Position numbers and translations under genes: made by a program. From contig JANRJR010000066.1 of NCBI GenBank assembly GCA_033763845.1, positions 1,247-65,246 of the forward strand: a stretch of DNA of 64,000 nucleotides. The letters run 5' to 3'. The notes under the pieces are model-generated. The model was not told the origin of the DNA and did no database searches. It worked only from the letters and a program-made list of their open reading frames with translations. Shown here in pieces: positions 21,713-34,443 of this stretch; position 1 is the first letter of the stretch; each line of letters opens with the position of its first letter. Origin of the DNA: Gammaproteobacteria bacterium. GTDB lineage: Bacteria; Pseudomonadota; Gammaproteobacteria; DASZBR01.

Positions 21713-22302
21713 ATAATCGTCCTGTATTTTTCATCCAATGCAATCACTTGTCTTCTTACTTTTTCGAGATCGCCGTCATTGATAATAACATCATTGGCCT
21801 TATGTAAACGTTCTTGGCGTTCTGATTGTGTCGTCATAATATTTTTTATTTCTACTGCGGATAATTTATCTCGGTGTTTAACGCGCTCAATTTGCAATGC
21901 CTCCGGCGCATCAACGACTAAAATTCTGTTCACCAAATCTTCATGCTTATCTCGCGTTTCAATCAACAATGGAATACTAGCGATAATATATGGCGCAGAA
22001 TTTTGTTGGGCGAATTTTTTTATGGCTTGATATACTAAAGGATGCAAAAGATTTTCAATAAAAATTTTATCCCGTGGTTCTGAAAATATTTTTTGACGTA
22101 ATTTTGGCCTATCTAATTCGCCGTCTTTACTTAAAATAGTTTCACCAAAATGGTCAACAATTCTCGCTAAAGCAGGCGTGCCCGGCTTAACTAAATCTCG
22201 CGTAATATCATCGGCATCGATGACAGGCACACCCAGTTCTTTAAAATAATTTGCTACTGTAGACTTTCCAGAACCAATGCCACCTGTCAGTCCGACAATC
22301 AT
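21709..22302 (-). CDS. coaE: Dephospho-CoA kinase
   Basis: [26 protein letters not shown]. Confidence 0.96.
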   Translation of the reverse strand: MIVGLTGGIGSGKSTVANYFKELGVPVIDADDITRDLVKPGTPALARIVDHFGETILSKDGELDRPKLRQKIFSEPRDKIFIENLLHPLVYQAIKKFAQQNSAPYIIASIPLLIETRDKHEDLVNRILVVDAPEALQIERVKHRDKLSAVEIKNIMTTQSERQERLHKANDVIINDGDLEKVRRQVIALDEKYRTII

Positions 22303-23192
22303 TATGCTGTTGCTTTTATTTTTTTCAGTGCTTCAGCAACACCTTCGCCAATTTTGGCAGGCGAATGTACTGTCGTAATTCCAGCTGCTTCTAATGCGGC
22401 AAATTTTTCGGCAGCAGTTCCTTTTCCGCCAGAAATAATAGCGCCTGCATGTCCCATTCTTTTTCCGGGAGGAGCTGTAACACCCGCAATATATCCAACA
22501 ACGGGTTTTGTTACGTGTTTTTTAATATATTCCGCGGCCTCTTCTTCTGCGGTACCACCAATTTCACCGACCATCACAATCACTTTGGTTTGTGGATCTT
22601 TTTCAAATAAGGCTAATGCATCAATATGACTAGTACCGGGAATGGGATCACCACCAATTCCGATACAGGTGCTTTGACCAAAACCTAAATCTGTCGTTTG
22701 TTTTACCGCTTCGTAGGTCAGTGTACCTGAACGCGAAACAATTCCAACAAATCCGGATTTGTGAATATGTCCTGGCATAATCCCGATTTTACATTCACCC
22801 GGTGTAATAATTCCTGGGCAATTTGGTCCAATTAATCTGGATTCGGAATTATTTTTCAAATAAACCTTAACATCCAACATATCGAGTACGGGAATGCCTT
22901 CCGTAATACAAACGATTAGTTTTATTCCTGCATCTGCCGCTTCTATGATGGAATCTTTTGCAAATGGCGCGGGAACGTAAATTACCGTCGCATCACATTT
23001 GGTTTCGTTATACGCTTCACGAACCGTATTAAATACAGGCAAATTCAAATGTTTTTGTCCACCTTTTCCAGGAGTCACACCGCCGACCATTTTTGTTCCG
23101 TACGCAATCGCTTGCTCAGAATGAAACGTTCCTTGATTGCCGGTGAATCCCTGACAAATGACTTTTGTATCTTTATTGACGAGAACGCTCAT
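22302..23192 (-). CDS. sucD: Succinyl-CoA synthetase alpha subunit
   Basis: [21 protein letters not shown]. Confidence 0.98.
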   Translation of the reverse strand: MSVLVNKDTKVICQGFTGNQGTFHSEQAIAYGTKMVGGVTPGKGGQKHLNLPVFNTVREAYNETKCDATVIYVPAPFAKDSIIEAADAGIKLIVCITEGIPVLDMLDVKVYLKNNSESRLIGPNCPGIITPGECKIGIMPGHIHKSGFVGIVSRSGTLTYEAVKQTTDLGFGQSTCIGIGGDPIPGTSHIDALALFEKDPQTKVIVMVGEIGGTAEEEAAEYIKKHVTKPVVGYIAGVTAPPGKRMGHAGAIISGGKGTAAEKFAALEAAGITTVHSPAKIGEGVAEALKKIKATA

Positions 23193-24358
23193 TATTTTCC
23201 TCCTACGGCTTTAACAATTTTTTGTGCCGCGTCTGTTAAACTTTCTGACGGCATAATATTTAAACCACTGTCGCTTAATTTCTTTGCGCCTAAATCTGCG
23301 TTATTGCCTTCTAATCTGACAACAACCGGAACGCTGATACCCACTTCTTTCACCGCATCAATAATTCCGTCCGCAATTAAGTCACAGCGCACGATACCAC
23401 CAAAGATATTCACTAAAATGCCTTTGACATTACTGTCCGACAAAATAATTTTAAAGGCTTCTTCCACGCGATCTTTAGTTGCACCACCACCCACGTCTAA
23501 GAAGTTTGCAGGCTGGCCACCACTTAGTTTCACAAGATCCATTGTCGCCATTGCTAAACCCGCGCCGTTCACCATACATCCAATATTGCCTTCTAATGCA
23601 ACGTAATTTAATTCCCAATCACGCGCACGATTTTCGCGCTCATCTTCTTGTGATGCATCACGCATCGCGCGTAATTTTGGCTGACGGTATAAGGCATTAT
23701 CATCAATAACGATTTTGGCATCTAAACACGTTAAATTTCCGTCTTTTTTAATCACTAATGGATTAATTTCTAAAATGCTTAAGTCATATTCTTTAAATAA
23801 TTTTCCTAAACCAATCATAATTACAGTGAATTGTTTAATTTGATCAGCATTTAGTCCTAATGCAAATCCTAAATCTCTTGCTTGATAAGGCAACACACCA
23901 ACTAAAGGATCAACAATGGCTTTGAGAATTTTTTCAGGATGCTTTTCAGCGACTTCTTCGATATCTACGCCGCCTTCAGTCGACGCCATAATCACAATAC
24001 GTTGCGCACCCCTATCTAACACCGCACTTAAATATAATTCGCGTGCAATATCACACGGTTCTGCAATTAATACTTGATGAACAGGTTGGCCATTCGCATC
24101 CGTTTGAAATGTGACTAAGCGTGTACCCAATAATTTTCGAGCTATATTGGATAAGTCTTCTTTATTCGACACTAATTTCACGCCACCCGCCTTTCCTCGA
24201 CCACCCGCATGCACTTGTGCTTTGACGACCCATTCTTTTCCACCTAATTTATCTGCAATGGCGATCGCTTCTTCCGTATTTTGTGCAATTTCCCCACGCG
24301 GAACGGGAATGCCAAATTCAGCGAGTAATTGTTTTGCTTGGTATTCGTGTAAATTCAT
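23192..24358 (-). CDS. sucC: Succinyl-CoA synthetase beta subunit
   Basis: [40 protein letters not shown]. Confidence 0.98.
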   Translation of the reverse strand: MNLHEYQAKQLLAEFGIPVPRGEIAQNTEEAIAIADKLGGKEWVVKAQVHAGGRGKAGGVKLVSNKEDLSNIARKLLGTRLVTFQTDANGQPVHQVLIAEPCDIARELYLSAVLDRGAQRIVIMASTEGGVDIEEVAEKHPEKILKAIVDPLVGVLPYQARDLGFALGLNADQIKQFTVIMIGLGKLFKEYDLSILEINPLVIKKDGNLTCLDAKIVIDDNALYRQPKLRAMRDASQEDERENRARDWELNYVALEGNIGCMVNGAGLAMATMDLVKLSGGQPANFLDVGGGATKDRVEEAFKIILSDSNVKGILVNIFGGIVRCDLIADGIIDAVKEVGISVPVVVRLEGNNADLGAKKLSDSGLNIMPSESLTDAAQKIVKAVGGK

Positions 24359-24361
24359 TTC

Positions 24362-25477
24362 TTAAATCTCCAATAATAAGCGTGAAGGATCTTCTAATAA
24401 CTCTTTTACAGTCACTAAAAATTGTACGGATTCTTTTCCATCGATCATGCGATGATCATATGATAATGCGAGATACATCATAGGCCGAATTACAATTTGG
24501 CCATTCTCAACGATGGGTCTATCCTGAATTTTTTGCATGCCTAAAATCGCACTTTGCGGTGGATTTAAAATGGGAGTTGCCAATAACGAACCAAATACAC
24601 CGCCGTTGGTAATCGTAAACGTTCCGCCTGTAATTTCTTCCATGGTTAATTGATTATCACGCGCACGCTTACTGTAATTGGCGACTTGTTTTTCAATGTC
24701 TGCGAGAGATAATTGATCTGCATCACGAATCACAGGCACAACTAAACCTCTGTCTGTTGAAACCGCAACGCCGATATCATAATAGCCATGATAAACAATA
24801 TCCGAACCATCAATAGATGCATTCACAGCCGGAAATTTCTTTAATGCTTCTACCACCGCGCGCGTAAAAAACGACATAAATCCCAAACGAATACCGTGTA
24901 ATTTTTCAAAAGAGTCTTTATATTTTGCACGTAAATTCATAATGGCTTGTAAATTAACTTCATTGAATGTCGTCAAAATCGCTGCGTTGTGTTGTGCAGA
25001 CAATAATCGTTCTGCGACTCGTGCACGTAGACGAGACATCGGCACGCGTTGCTCGGTTCGTGAACCAGTACTCTGCGAAGTAACAGAGGATAAACTTTTT
25101 TCGCCCGTTCCAACGGCTCGTCTTAAAGATGGACCTAATACTACATCTGATTTTTGTTCAGGCATTTTTTCAGCCGGTTTCTCTACAACTTTTTGAGGTG
25201 CTTTTGCAGCAGGAGCTGGAGCAGAAACAGCCGCTGCTTTACCCGCCTCGATACTTCCCAACAATTCACCCGAATTCACTTTCGTTCCATTCGGCTTAGC
25301 AATATCTTTTAAGATACCGTCCGCTGCAGCAGGCACTTCAATCACCACTTTATCTGTTTCCAGATCAACGAGATTTTCATCACGCTTCACCGCATCACCC
25401 GGTTTTTTATGCCACGTTAATACCGTTGCATCAGCAACAGATTCTGGTAACGGTGGAACTTTAATTTCAATCGTCAT
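24362..25477 (-). CDS. sucB: 2-oxoglutarate dehydrogenase E2 (dihydrolipoamide succinyltransferase)
   Basis: Lipoyl ETDKV, catalytic DHRMIDG. Confidence 0.97.
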   Translation of the reverse strand: MTIEIKVPPLPESVADATVLTWHKKPGDAVKRDENLVDLETDKVVIEVPAAADGILKDIAKPNGTKVNSGELLGSIEAGKAAAVSAPAPAAKAPQKVVEKPAEKMPEQKSDVVLGPSLRRAVGTGEKSLSSVTSQSTGSRTEQRVPMSRLRARVAERLLSAQHNAAILTTFNEVNLQAIMNLRAKYKDSFEKLHGIRLGFMSFFTRAVVEALKKFPAVNASIDGSDIVYHGYYDIGVAVSTDRGLVVPVIRDADQLSLADIEKQVANYSKRARDNQLTMEEITGGTFTITNGGVFGSLLATPILNPPQSAILGMQKIQDRPIVENGQIVIRPMMYLALSYDHRMIDGKESVQFLVTVKELLEDPSRLLLEI

Positions 25478-28134
25478 TTTGCATTTCCTTGTAACGCATT
25501 AACAATAACTTCTTTTTGCTGAGCCACATGCATTTTATTGGAACCCCACGCAGGTGCTGCAAATGAAAGTGGACCCACATAACGCAACGTTTGTGTCGCG
25601 CTTAACAATTTTTTAAATTTGCCTTTTAAATACGTCCATGCAAATTGATTTTTCGGCTCTTCCTGACACCACACAATATCCGCAACATTGGAATATTGAT
25701 CAAAGATTTTTTTAACGTCTTCTCGCGGAAATGGATACAATTCTTCAATGCGGATTAATGCTATGTTATTTATTTTTTGCGCACGGCGAGCTTCTAACAA
25801 TTCATAATAAATTTTGCCGGAGCAGAAAATTACGCGTTTCACATCGACTGGCTTAATCGCATCCACTTCAGGAATCACCCGCTGAAATGCACCTTGCGAT
25901 AAATCATTTAATGTCGATGTCGCTAATTTATGACGGAGTAAACTTTTAGGCGTCATCACAATTAATGGCTTGCGTACGGGACGCACCATTTGTCGTCGCA
26001 ACATGTGAAAGACTTGTGCTGGCGTAGACGGAACACAGACTGTCATATTATCTTGCGCGCATAATTGTAAAAATCGTTCTAATCGTGCTGACGAATGTTC
26101 AGGACCCATACCTTCTTGACCATGCGGCAATAACATTACAATGCTACTTAATCGCCCCCATTTTTGCTCGCCGGAACTGATGAATTGATCGATGACGACC
26201 TGCGCACCATTCACAAAATCACCAAATTGCGCTTCCCATAATACTAAGGTACTGGGCGTATTTGTCGCGTATCCATATTCGAATGCTAAAACTGCTTCTT
26301 CAGACAAAATAGAATCAAACACAGAAAAATGATTTTTGACAGAGATGTGTTGCAATGGCGTATACGTATTTCCGTTTTGAAAATCGTGCCATACGGCATG
26401 ACGATGCGCGAATGTTCCACGACCACAATCTTGTCCAGATAAACGAACGTTATACCCATCGGTCAATAACGTCGCATAGGCTAAATTCTCGGCAAACCCC
26501 CAATTCATGGGAATTTCACCCTTCGCCATTTTTTTATTGTCTTCGATAATTTTTGCGACTTGCGGTTGCAACACAAAACCAGACGGAGGCTGATTAATTT
26601 CTGCGCCTAATTGTTTCAGAGTATCTAATTTAACCTCTGTGTTAGCTTTAATATCAAAATTTTTATTTAAGTATGGCGTCCAATCTTCACCCTGCTGATT
26701 AGTGTTTTGCGAAATAACTTTAGGCAAATCATTTTTGCCTGCATCCAAACCATCACGGTACTGATTAACTAAATTATCTGCTTCTTCTGGCGTAATAATT
26801 CCTGCTTTAATTAATTTATCCGCATAAATTTGACGTGGCGTCGGATGTTGCTTAACGACCTGATACATAACGGGTTGTGTTGCTGACGGTTCATCCGCTT
26901 CGTTATGACCATGGCGTCGATAACAAATTAAATCAATCACAACATCCTTCGCAAATTTCATGCGATAATCAATCGCTAATTGCGCAACGAATAATACTGC
27001 TTCCGGGTCATCACCGTTTACATGAAAAATGGGCGCTTGCACCATTTTTGCAACATCCGTGCAATAAAAAGTTGATCGCGCATCTTTCGGGTCTGTTGTA
27101 AATCCGACTTGATTATTGACCACAATATGGATTGTTCCGCCTGTTCCAAATCCGCGTGTTTGTGATAATGCAAACGTTTCCATCACAACACCTTGCCCAG
27201 CAAATGCGGCATCACCATGAATTTGAATGCCTAAAATTTCTGCGCGTTTTTCTAATCCGTGTCTTTTTTGACGTGCGCGCACCGAACCTAATGTTACGGG
27301 TGAAACAATTTCAAGATGCGACGGATTAAATGCTAGCGCAAGATGAGTACTTCCAACGGTAGTCTTAATATCCGATGAAAATCCCATGTGATATTTCACA
27401 TCACCCGTTCGACCTTGGTTATCAATTTTGCCTTCAAATTCATCAAATAAATCTTGCGGCGATTTTCCTAAAATATTCATCAAGACATTTAATCGTCCGC
27501 GATGCGCCATACCAATCACAACTTCCTTAATACTTTGTGTGGCACCACGCTGAATAATTTCATCCAATAGTGGAATTAAACTATCACCGCCTTCCAAGGA
27601 AAATCGTTTTTGACCCACATAGCGCGTACCTAAATATTTCTCTAACCCATCCGCTGCGGTCAAACACGCTAAAATTCTTTTTTGTTTATCCAATGATAAC
27701 GCAGGTCGGTTTGCGGGATTTTCAAAACGGTCTTGGATCCAATGCACCTCTACTTGATCTGTAATGTGCATGAATTCAGCGCCAATTGTTCCACAATATA
27801 TTTTTTGTAACGCTTTATTTTCAGGAAGGGTTATATTTTTCGGCGGCTTGGATAAATTCAACGGATCGAGATGAGCAAAAAAATGTCCCAATGCACGGTA
27901 GTCATAAACCACCTCATCTTCACTGGATGACGCTACCACAACATTTTTTTGTCTAGCCAGTTCAATAAACTGTTCACGAATATCTTGATGCGAAACGGTT
28001 TCCGGACCTAAAGATTTAAAATAATTTTGCCACTCTTGACTCACCGAATTTGGATCATGCAAAAAGGATTCATATAGCGCATCGATATATTCTTCGCCAC
28101 CACTTAAATACGAAGATTGCCAGGCTTCTTTCAT
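25474..28134 (-). CDS. sucA: 2-oxoglutarate dehydrogenase E1
   Basis: [33 protein letters not shown]. Confidence 0.97.
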   Translation of the reverse strand: MKEAWQSSYLSGGEEYIDALYESFLHDPNSVSQEWQNYFKSLGPETVSHQDIREQFIELARQKNVVVASSSEDEVVYDYRALGHFFAHLDPLNLSKPPKNITLPENKALQKIYCGTIGAEFMHITDQVEVHWIQDRFENPANRPALSLDKQKRILACLTAADGLEKYLGTRYVGQKRFSLEGGDSLIPLLDEIIQRGATQSIKEVVIGMAHRGRLNVLMNILGKSPQDLFDEFEGKIDNQGRTGDVKYHMGFSSDIKTTVGSTHLALAFNPSHLEIVSPVTLGSVRARQKRHGLEKRAEILGIQIHGDAAFAGQGVVMETFALSQTRGFGTGGTIHIVVNNQVGFTTDPKDARSTFYCTDVAKMVQAPIFHVNGDDPEAVLFVAQLAIDYRMKFAKDVVIDLICYRRHGHNEADEPSATQPVMYQVVKQHPTPRQIYADKLIKAGIITPEEADNLVNQYRDGLDAGKNDLPKVISQNTNQQGEDWTPYLNKNFDIKANTEVKLDTLKQLGAEINQPPSGFVLQPQVAKIIEDNKKMAKGEIPMNWGFAENLAYATLLTDGYNVRLSGQDCGRGTFAHRHAVWHDFQNGNTYTPLQHISVKNHFSVFDSILSEEAVLAFEYGYATNTPSTLVLWEAQFGDFVNGAQVVIDQFISSGEQKWGRLSSIVMLLPHGQEGMGPEHSSARLERFLQLCAQDNMTVCVPSTPAQVFHMLRRQMVRPVRKPLIVMTPKSLLRHKLATSTLNDLSQGAFQRVIPEVDAIKPVDVKRVIFCSGKIYYELLEARRAQKINNIALIRIEELYPFPREDVKKIFDQYSNVADIVWCQEEPKNQFAWTYLKGKFKKLLSATQTLRYVGPLSFAAPAWGSNKMHVAQQKEVIVNALQGNAK

Positions 28135-28138
28135 GGGA

Positions 28139-28855
28139 TTAGCTTTGCTCCTTCACGAGTTCAGCGCGAATTTTCCCAATCGCTTCAGTTGGATTTAATC
28201 CTTTTGGACATACACTGGTACAACTACCGATAGACCGACAACGAAATACACTAAATGGATCATCTAAATTATCTAATCGCTCTTGTTTTGCGGTATCACG
28301 ACTATCAACAATAAATCGCAACGCAGTTAATAATCCCGCCGGTCCAATAAATTTATCCGGATTCCACCAAAACGACGGACATGCTGTTGAACAACATGCA
28401 CATAAAATGCATTCATATAAACCATCTAATTTCGCTCTGTCTTCTGGAGACTGTAATCGTTCTTTTGCCGGTGGTTCTTCATCGTTAATTAAATACGGCT
28501 TTGCTTTTTCATATTGTTTATAAAATTGCGTCATGTCGACAATCAAATCTCTTATGACTGGCAAACCTGGTAAAGGACGCAAGGTGATTGGAGACTTTAA
28601 ACTGGATAAATGCGTCACGCACGCCAAACCGTTTTTGCCATTGATATTCATGCCGTCTGAACCACACACACCTTCTTTGCACGATCGTCGCAGCGAAAGC
28701 GTTTCATCCAACGTATCTTTAATTTGAATTAACGCATCCAATAACATCATATCCGTATTTTCAGGAATTTCTAATTGATAATCCTGCATACGTGGCTCTT
28801 GATCTTTTTCAGGATCAAAACGATAAATTGAAAATTCAACAATACGATTCGTCAT
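28139..28855 (-). CDS. sdhB: Succinate dehydrogenase Fe-S subunit
   Basis: SCKEGVCGSD, CILCACC, CRSIGSCTSVCP. Confidence 0.98.
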   Translation of the reverse strand: MTNRIVEFSIYRFDPEKDQEPRMQDYQLEIPENTDMMLLDALIQIKDTLDETLSLRRSCKEGVCGSDGMNINGKNGLACVTHLSSLKSPITLRPLPGLPVIRDLIVDMTQFYKQYEKAKPYLINDEEPPAKERLQSPEDRAKLDGLYECILCACCSTACPSFWWNPDKFIGPAGLLTALRFIVDSRDTAKQERLDNLDDPFSVFRCRSIGSCTSVCPKGLNPTEAIGKIRAELVKEQS

Positions 28856-28858
28856 AAA

Positions 28859-30625
28859 TTAATACACTCTTTCTTTGGGCTCAAATGCGGGAACCGTCAA
28901 CGGTTTCATGTTGACAGCACGCTCCATGATTTTTCCATCCAAGAAACACACTAAATGCTTTAACCAGTGTGCATCATCACGATTGGGATAATCTTCACGT
29001 GAATGCGCACCACGACTTTCTTTACGTGCTAATGCAGCTACTGCTGTTGTATACGCAACCGCCATTAAATTATCTAACTCTAATGCTTCGATTCTGGCCG
29101 TGTTAAACACCTTGCTGCGATCAGATAATACCGCATATTGCAGTCTTTCGCGCAGTTCTGCCAATTTTTTCAAACCATCTTGCATAAATTTCTCAGTGCG
29201 GAATACGCCGAAATCACTTTGCATCACACGCTGCAAGGCTTTTCGAATGTGGCTTACGCTTTCGCCTTTAGCAGCATGCTCCCAACGTTGTAACCTGACT
29301 ACAGCAGCCTCGACATCGTCCTGGCTTACGGATTGTAACGGCAAACCGTCTTGCAAACTGGCTTCAACATGCAATCCAGCCGCACGACCAAACACAACTA
29401 AATCTAACAGTGAATTTCCACCTAAACGATTTGCGCCATGAACAGACACACACGCACACTCACCGACGGCATATAAGCCTTCAATGATTTTATCTTTACC
29501 ACTACTGTCTACGGTAATCGCTTGACCGTGAACATTGGTCGGAATTCCACCCATCATATAATGACAGGTTGGCACAACTGGGATGGGTGTATTAATTGGA
29601 TCGACATGTGCAAATGTCATGGATAATTCTCGAATTCCAGGCAATCGTGATTTAATTAAATCAGCGCCCAAATGGTCCAATTTTAATTTCACACATTGCA
29701 CGCCATTAATTTCAAATCCACGGCCTTCACGAATTTCCATCGCCATTGCACGGGCAACCACATCACGTCCGGCTAAATCTTTTGCATTTGGCGCATAACG
29801 TTCCATAAAACGTTCGCCATTTTTATTAATTAAATATCCACCTTCACCACGACAACCTTCTGTCACTAAACAACCCGCACCTGCAATTCCGGTTGGATGA
29901 AATTGCCACATCTCAATATCTTGCACCGGAAATCCAGCACGTAAAAACATTCCAACGCCATCACCGGTATTAATTAACGCATTGGTTGTAGATTCATAAA
30001 TTCTTCCCGCACCACCGGTTGCAAAAATCGTTGCCCTAGAATGAAAAAAAACAATTTCGCCGGTTTCTATACAGATAGCCGTTACGCCCGCAACAGATCC
30101 ATTTTTAGACTTAACAATATCCATCGCATACCATTCGCTGAAAAAATGAGCCTTTGCTTCGAGATTTTTTTGATACAAGGTATGTAATAACGCGTGGCCT
30201 GTTCTATCTGCCGCAGCACAGGTTCGTGCAGCTTGTGAACCACCAAAATTTTTTGATTGCCCACCAAATGGACGCTGATAAATTTTGCCGTCATCTGTTC
30301 GCGAAAACGGTAAACCCATATGTTCTAATTCATAGACAGCCTCAGGGCCTGTTTTACACATATATTCAATACTGTCTTGGTCACCTAAATAATCAGAACC
30401 TTTTACGGTATCGTACATATGCCATTGCCATTGATCATCTGGATCCGCATTGCCTAATGCACAGGTAATTCCACCCTGCGCAGAAACCGTATGTGAACGC
30501 GTGGGAAATACTTTAGAAAGTACTGCAACACGCTGGCCGCTTTTTGCTAACTGAAGTGCAGCGCGCATACCCGCACCGCCGGCGCCAACAATAATTGCAT
30601 CAAACTCATATTTTGGCATTGCCAT
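28859..30625 (-). CDS. sdhA: Succinate dehydrogenase flavoprotein
   Basis: [33 protein letters not shown]. Confidence 0.98.
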   Translation of the reverse strand: MAMPKYEFDAIIVGAGGAGMRAALQLAKSGQRVAVLSKVFPTRSHTVSAQGGITCALGNADPDDQWQWHMYDTVKGSDYLGDQDSIEYMCKTGPEAVYELEHMGLPFSRTDDGKIYQRPFGGQSKNFGGSQAARTCAAADRTGHALLHTLYQKNLEAKAHFFSEWYAMDIVKSKNGSVAGVTAICIETGEIVFFHSRATIFATGGAGRIYESTTNALINTGDGVGMFLRAGFPVQDIEMWQFHPTGIAGAGCLVTEGCRGEGGYLINKNGERFMERYAPNAKDLAGRDVVARAMAMEIREGRGFEINGVQCVKLKLDHLGADLIKSRLPGIRELSMTFAHVDPINTPIPVVPTCHYMMGGIPTNVHGQAITVDSSGKDKIIEGLYAVGECACVSVHGANRLGGNSLLDLVVFGRAAGLHVEASLQDGLPLQSVSQDDVEAAVVRLQRWEHAAKGESVSHIRKALQRVMQSDFGVFRTEKFMQDGLKKLAELRERLQYAVLSDRSKVFNTARIEALELDNLMAVAYTTAVAALARKESRGAHSREDYPNRDDAHWLKHLVCFLDGKIMERAVNMKPLTVPAFEPKERVY

Positions 30626-30628
30626 TTT

Positions 30629-30976
30629 TTATGCCCCCCAGAGAATATTCATTGCCCAAATGAATGAGCCGACCAAAACAAGTGATGTAATCACTAAAAA
30701 AGAAACGCGCAGGACAGTAAGCTTCAAATAATCCGTCGCAATGGTCCACAAGCCAATCCGGGTATGCAAAATTAAAAACAGAAAAAATAATAGGGTCGCA
30801 ATACGCATCCATGTTGCGGTAAATAATAAATGCCAGGAATAATAATCATGAACCGGATTAAATATTAAATAGCTAACTAAAGTGATAATATAAACCGCCA
30901 TAAAAAACGCCGTCATGTTTTGAATCAGCCAATCGCGCAGCCCATTTCGGGTCAAACTGGTCACACTTTTTACCAT
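30629..30976 (-). CDS. sdhD: Succinate dehydrogenase membrane anchor
   Basis: SLTRNGLRDWL, H..IGLWTIATDY; start set at MVKSV. Confidence 0.93.
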   Translation of the reverse strand: MVKSVTSLTRNGLRDWLIQNMTAFFMAVYIITLVSYLIFNPVHDYYSWHLLFTATWMRIATLLFFLFLILHTRIGLWTIATDYLKLTVLRVSFLVITSLVLVGSFIWAMNILWGA

Positions 30977-31365
30977 AGCCAGACTCCTACAATGAGAGAA
31001 AGCAAAATAGAGAGGCCTAAAATAATTTTTGCAGTAAGACGCATAGCGCTCAAACTTTCCAAGAAACCAAAATTCATAATGAAATGTCGAATACCCGCCA
31101 GCATGTGATAAATCAACCCACTGAGACAAACCCAAATTAAAAACTTAACGACACCCAAGGTAAAAATTTCCTGCACGGCCGCAAAACTATCGGGTGATGC
31201 CAAAGAGGCTTGCAGTGCCCAGACAATTAAGGGCACGAACAAAAATAATAAAACACCGGTGATACGGTGCAGAATGGAGATAATAGCAGTGATGGGAAAG
31301 CGTATGGTAAACAAATTTAAGTTTACTGGACGCACTTTTTTGGCCGGCGGTGTTTCGGTTGCCAT
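30970..31365 (-). CDS. sdhC: Succinate dehydrogenase cytochrome b556 subunit
   Basis: RPVNLNL, SILHRITG, YHMLAGIRH; start set at MATET after a GGGGA RBS. Confidence 0.94.
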   Translation of the reverse strand: MATETPPAKKVRPVNLNLFTIRFPITAIISILHRITGVLLFLFVPLIVWALQASLASPDSFAAVQEIFTLGVVKFLIWVCLSGLIYHMLAGIRHFIMNFGFLESLSAMRLTAKIILGLSILLSLIVGVWLW

Positions 31366-31390
31366 ATTTTCCCCCTTAGTAAGACGTGGA

Positions 31391-31399
31391 ATTATAGCA
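31391..31399 (-). promoter_or_regulatory. Extended -10 promoter for sdhC
   Basis: Minus strand TGCTATAAT, ending 25 nt upstream of the sdhC ATG. Confidence 0.55.
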
Positions 31400-31448
31400 A
31401 CCAATCGGGGCTTTTCCCACACCTGGGCCTATACCTTATATATAGGTG

Positions 31449-32186
31449 TCAAAAAAACGCTTGCTTCCCCCAAATCAACACCACCCAACCCGCGATGGCT
31501 AAATACGGTCCAAACGCAATCGCAGTCTTGCTATTTGCCTTCTTCGCTGCAATTAAAGTAATTGCAACAACGGAACCTAACAATGCAGCTATTAATACAA
31601 TCCACGGTAGTGCTATCCATCCCGTCCAGGCACCTAACGCTGCCAACAATTTAAAATCACCGTAACCCATACCTTCACGGTGCGTCACAAATTCATACAT
31701 TTTTGCAATAAACCATAAACTGGAATATCCCACCGCTGCACCGACGATGGCATCTTCGGGCGACGTAAAACCCGGCAAGGTACTGACCAACAATCCTATC
31801 CACAACAATGAAAAATTTAGTTCATCAGGTAATATCTGATGCTCAAAATCAATAAAAATTAAGCTAATTAAAAGTAGGCTGAATATAACAGTCTCAAAAA
31901 ATATTCTATTTGAGCCAAAATGAAGATATAAAAACGCACATGCCACACCCGTTAATAATTCTACGACGGGATAGCGCCACGAGATTGGTTTCCGACAAAA
32001 AGCACATGCGCCTTTTAAATAAATAAAACTAAACACGGGAATATTATGTATCCAACGTAATTTGTGTTTGCATTTCGGACAACTCGAGGATGGCAATAAT
32101 AAAGAGCGCTCACGTGGCATGCGATGAATCACAACATTGAGAAAACTTCCCAAACATAACCCAATTAAAAAAATCACCAACACCAT
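31449..32186 (-). CDS. pilD: Type IV prepilin peptidase/N-methyltransferase
   Basis: GSFLNVVIHR, two CxxC, IDFEHQILPD, MGYGDFKL, FGPYL. Confidence 0.95.
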   Translation of the reverse strand: MVLVIFLIGLCLGSFLNVVIHRMPRERSLLLPSSSCPKCKHKLRWIHNIPVFSFIYLKGACAFCRKPISWRYPVVELLTGVACAFLYLHFGSNRIFFETVIFSLLLISLIFIDFEHQILPDELNFSLLWIGLLVSTLPGFTSPEDAIVGAAVGYSSLWFIAKMYEFVTHREGMGYGDFKLLAALGAWTGWIALPWIVLIAALLGSVVAITLIAAKKANSKTAIAFGPYLAIAGWVVLIWGKQAFF

Positions 32187-33124
32187 TACACCACCCTCCC
32201 TAGTTGAAACACGGGTAAATACATCGCAATCACTAACCCACCAATAAACAATCCCATAAATATCATGATGCACGGTTCAAGTAATTGCGTAAATCGTGAC
32301 AAAATTCCATCCAGTTCTGTTTCGGTCATCAGCGCAATGCGCGAAAGCATTTGGCTTAACATCCCCGATGCTTCGCCCACTTTGATCATTTGAATCATCA
32401 TAGTCGAAAATCGACTCGTGGATTGTAGCGCGTCTGACAACATTTCGCCTCTTAAGATTTTATCTCGCACGTCACTCTCAACCATTAAAAATAATCCATC
32501 GACGATGGGCACGCCCGCAATCAGCAAGATCGATAATGTTCTACAAAACCGGGAAATATAAATTCTGGCTTGGACTTTACGTATTAATGGCAAAGATAAT
32601 AATTTTTCAGCGTAATAATATATTCCAAGACTCATGGTCATAATCATTATCAGCAATAACCACCAATAATTTTTAATGCTATCTGAAATAAAAATTACTG
32701 TTCGAGTAAGTGCAGGCAATTCCGCACCCATGCTAGAAAATAAATTTTCGAATTGAGGAACAACAAATAATAATAATGCGAGAGTAATCAACATTGCGAC
32801 AATAAATACTACCACAGGATAAAATATAGCTTTTATTACGCGCGACTTAAATTGGCCCATTCTATCTTGATAATCTGCGAGATCATTTAAGACAGTGGGT
32901 AATGCCGCAGCACGCTCGCCCGCTTCGATTAATTTGCACATCATGGAAGAATACACTTTAGGGTACTGCGCGCACGCTTTGGATAATGACATACCTGCTT
33001 CTACATTATTTTTAATATTAGCTAAAATAATTTTAGTTTTAGGTGATGTGCTATCTGCAAGAATTTTTAGCGCCGTGGCTAAGGGGATGTGGGCGTTTAA
33101 CAAAACAGCTAAATCTCTGATCAT
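32186..33124 (-). CDS. pilC: Type IV pilus platform protein (T2SS F family), short
   Basis: AGERAA, IFYP, VGEASG, LLEP, AMYLPVFQL. Confidence 0.88.
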   Translation of the reverse strand: MIRDLAVLLNAHIPLATALKILADSTSPKTKIILANIKNNVEAGMSLSKACAQYPKVYSSMMCKLIEAGERAAALPTVLNDLADYQDRMGQFKSRVIKAIFYPVVVFIVAMLITLALLLFVVPQFENLFSSMGAELPALTRTVIFISDSIKNYWWLLLIMIMTMSLGIYYYAEKLLSLPLIRKVQARIYISRFCRTLSILLIAGVPIVDGLFLMVESDVRDKILRGEMLSDALQSTSRFSTMMIQMIKVGEASGMLSQMLSRIALMTETELDGILSRFTQLLEPCIMIFMGLFIGGLVIAMYLPVFQLGRVV

Positions 33125-34443
33125 TCCACCACCCTCACCACCTCACTCATTGTGGTGATACTGTCACGAACTTTTTCTAATCCATGCTCATACAGCGTCA
33201 TCATGCCCTGCTGTTTTGCTAATTTTTCTAGCGTTATTGAATCCGGCGAATGTAGCAATATTTCACGTATTGCATCCGTCATCACCAATACTTCATAAAT
33301 TCCAGTGCGGCCCGAAAATCCATCTTGGCATTTCACACGCACTAAACGCTGCGCAATAATTAATTTTACGGATGAAATGATATGATATGCGGGGATTCCC
33401 ATATGCAATAATCTTGTGAGAGTCTCTGCTGCACTATTAGTATGCAACGTGGATAAAACTAAATGCCCTGTTTGCGCGGCTTTTATTGCAATATCTGCGG
33501 TTTCTGTATCACGCATTTCTCCGACCATAATAATATCCGGATCTTGTCGCAAGAATGCTCTTAATACTGTGGCAAAAGTTAACTCTATTTTTGAATTTAC
33601 AGCTACTTGATTAATTCCTGGCAAATCCATTTCAACCGGATCTTCAACGCTCAAAATATTTGATTCAGGTTTGTTTAATAAATTTAATAGCGTATATAAC
33701 GTTATCGTTTTCCCTGATCCCGTAGGACCTGTCACAATAATCATGCCTTGAGACTTATGAGCATGACCCAGAATAATTTGTTTTTGTATATCAGATAAAC
33801 CTAAACTGTCTATGGTTAAATCTACATGTGAATTATTTAATAATCTTAAAACTATTTTTTCGCCATGCACGGTAGGACAAGTACTGATTCGACAATCAAC
33901 ATATTGGGTATCAGAAAAAATAATTCTTAAGCGCCCGTCTTGCGGCAAACGTCTTTCAGTCATGTCCAACTGCGCCAATACTTTTAAATGTGCTATTAGC
34001 CTGGGCGCCAATTGTTCAGATAATTGAGCCGTTTCATATAATATTCCGTCTATCCGAAATCTAATCCGTAATTTATTTTCTTCGGTTTCGATATGAATAT
34101 CGGATGATTTCTTTGAAATCGCATCCATAAATAACTTTTCAACATAAGTCACTATAGATGCGTCATCCGCAACATAATCTTGTGCTTGTCTATGCAGTAA
34201 TTTCGCAATACGCTGGGCTAATTTAAATTTATCAACAAGATGAAGCTCAAGACGGCGATTTAATCGAAACTGAATCTCATGAAGGTTTTCATAATTCGAC
34301 GCATCCGCACAGGCAATTTTCGCTTTTTGCGCATCCATACCCAATACCAATACTTGGTAATCTTGCATGATACGCTCAGGCAATACGGTCAATAATATTT
34401 GGCTATCTGGAACATCATCCAGATCGACATCTTGAATTAGCAT
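33121..34443 (-). CDS. pilB: Type IV pilus assembly ATPase, short
   Basis: SDIHIE, RLPQDG, GPTGSGKT, EDPVE, LRQDPD, TGHLVLSTLH. Confidence 0.9.
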   Translation of the reverse strand: MLIQDVDLDDVPDSQILLTVLPERIMQDYQVLVLGMDAQKAKIACADASNYENLHEIQFRLNRRLELHLVDKFKLAQRIAKLLHRQAQDYVADDASIVTYVEKLFMDAISKKSSDIHIETEENKLRIRFRIDGILYETAQLSEQLAPRLIAHLKVLAQLDMTERRLPQDGRLRIIFSDTQYVDCRISTCPTVHGEKIVLRLLNNSHVDLTIDSLGLSDIQKQIILGHAHKSQGMIIVTGPTGSGKTITLYTLLNLLNKPESNILSVEDPVEMDLPGINQVAVNSKIELTFATVLRAFLRQDPDIIMVGEMRDTETADIAIKAAQTGHLVLSTLHTNSAAETLTRLLHMGIPAYHIISSVKLIIAQRLVRVKCQDGFSGRTGIYEVLVMTDAIREILLHSPDSITLEKLAKQQGMMTLYEHGLEKVRDSITTMSEVVRVVE

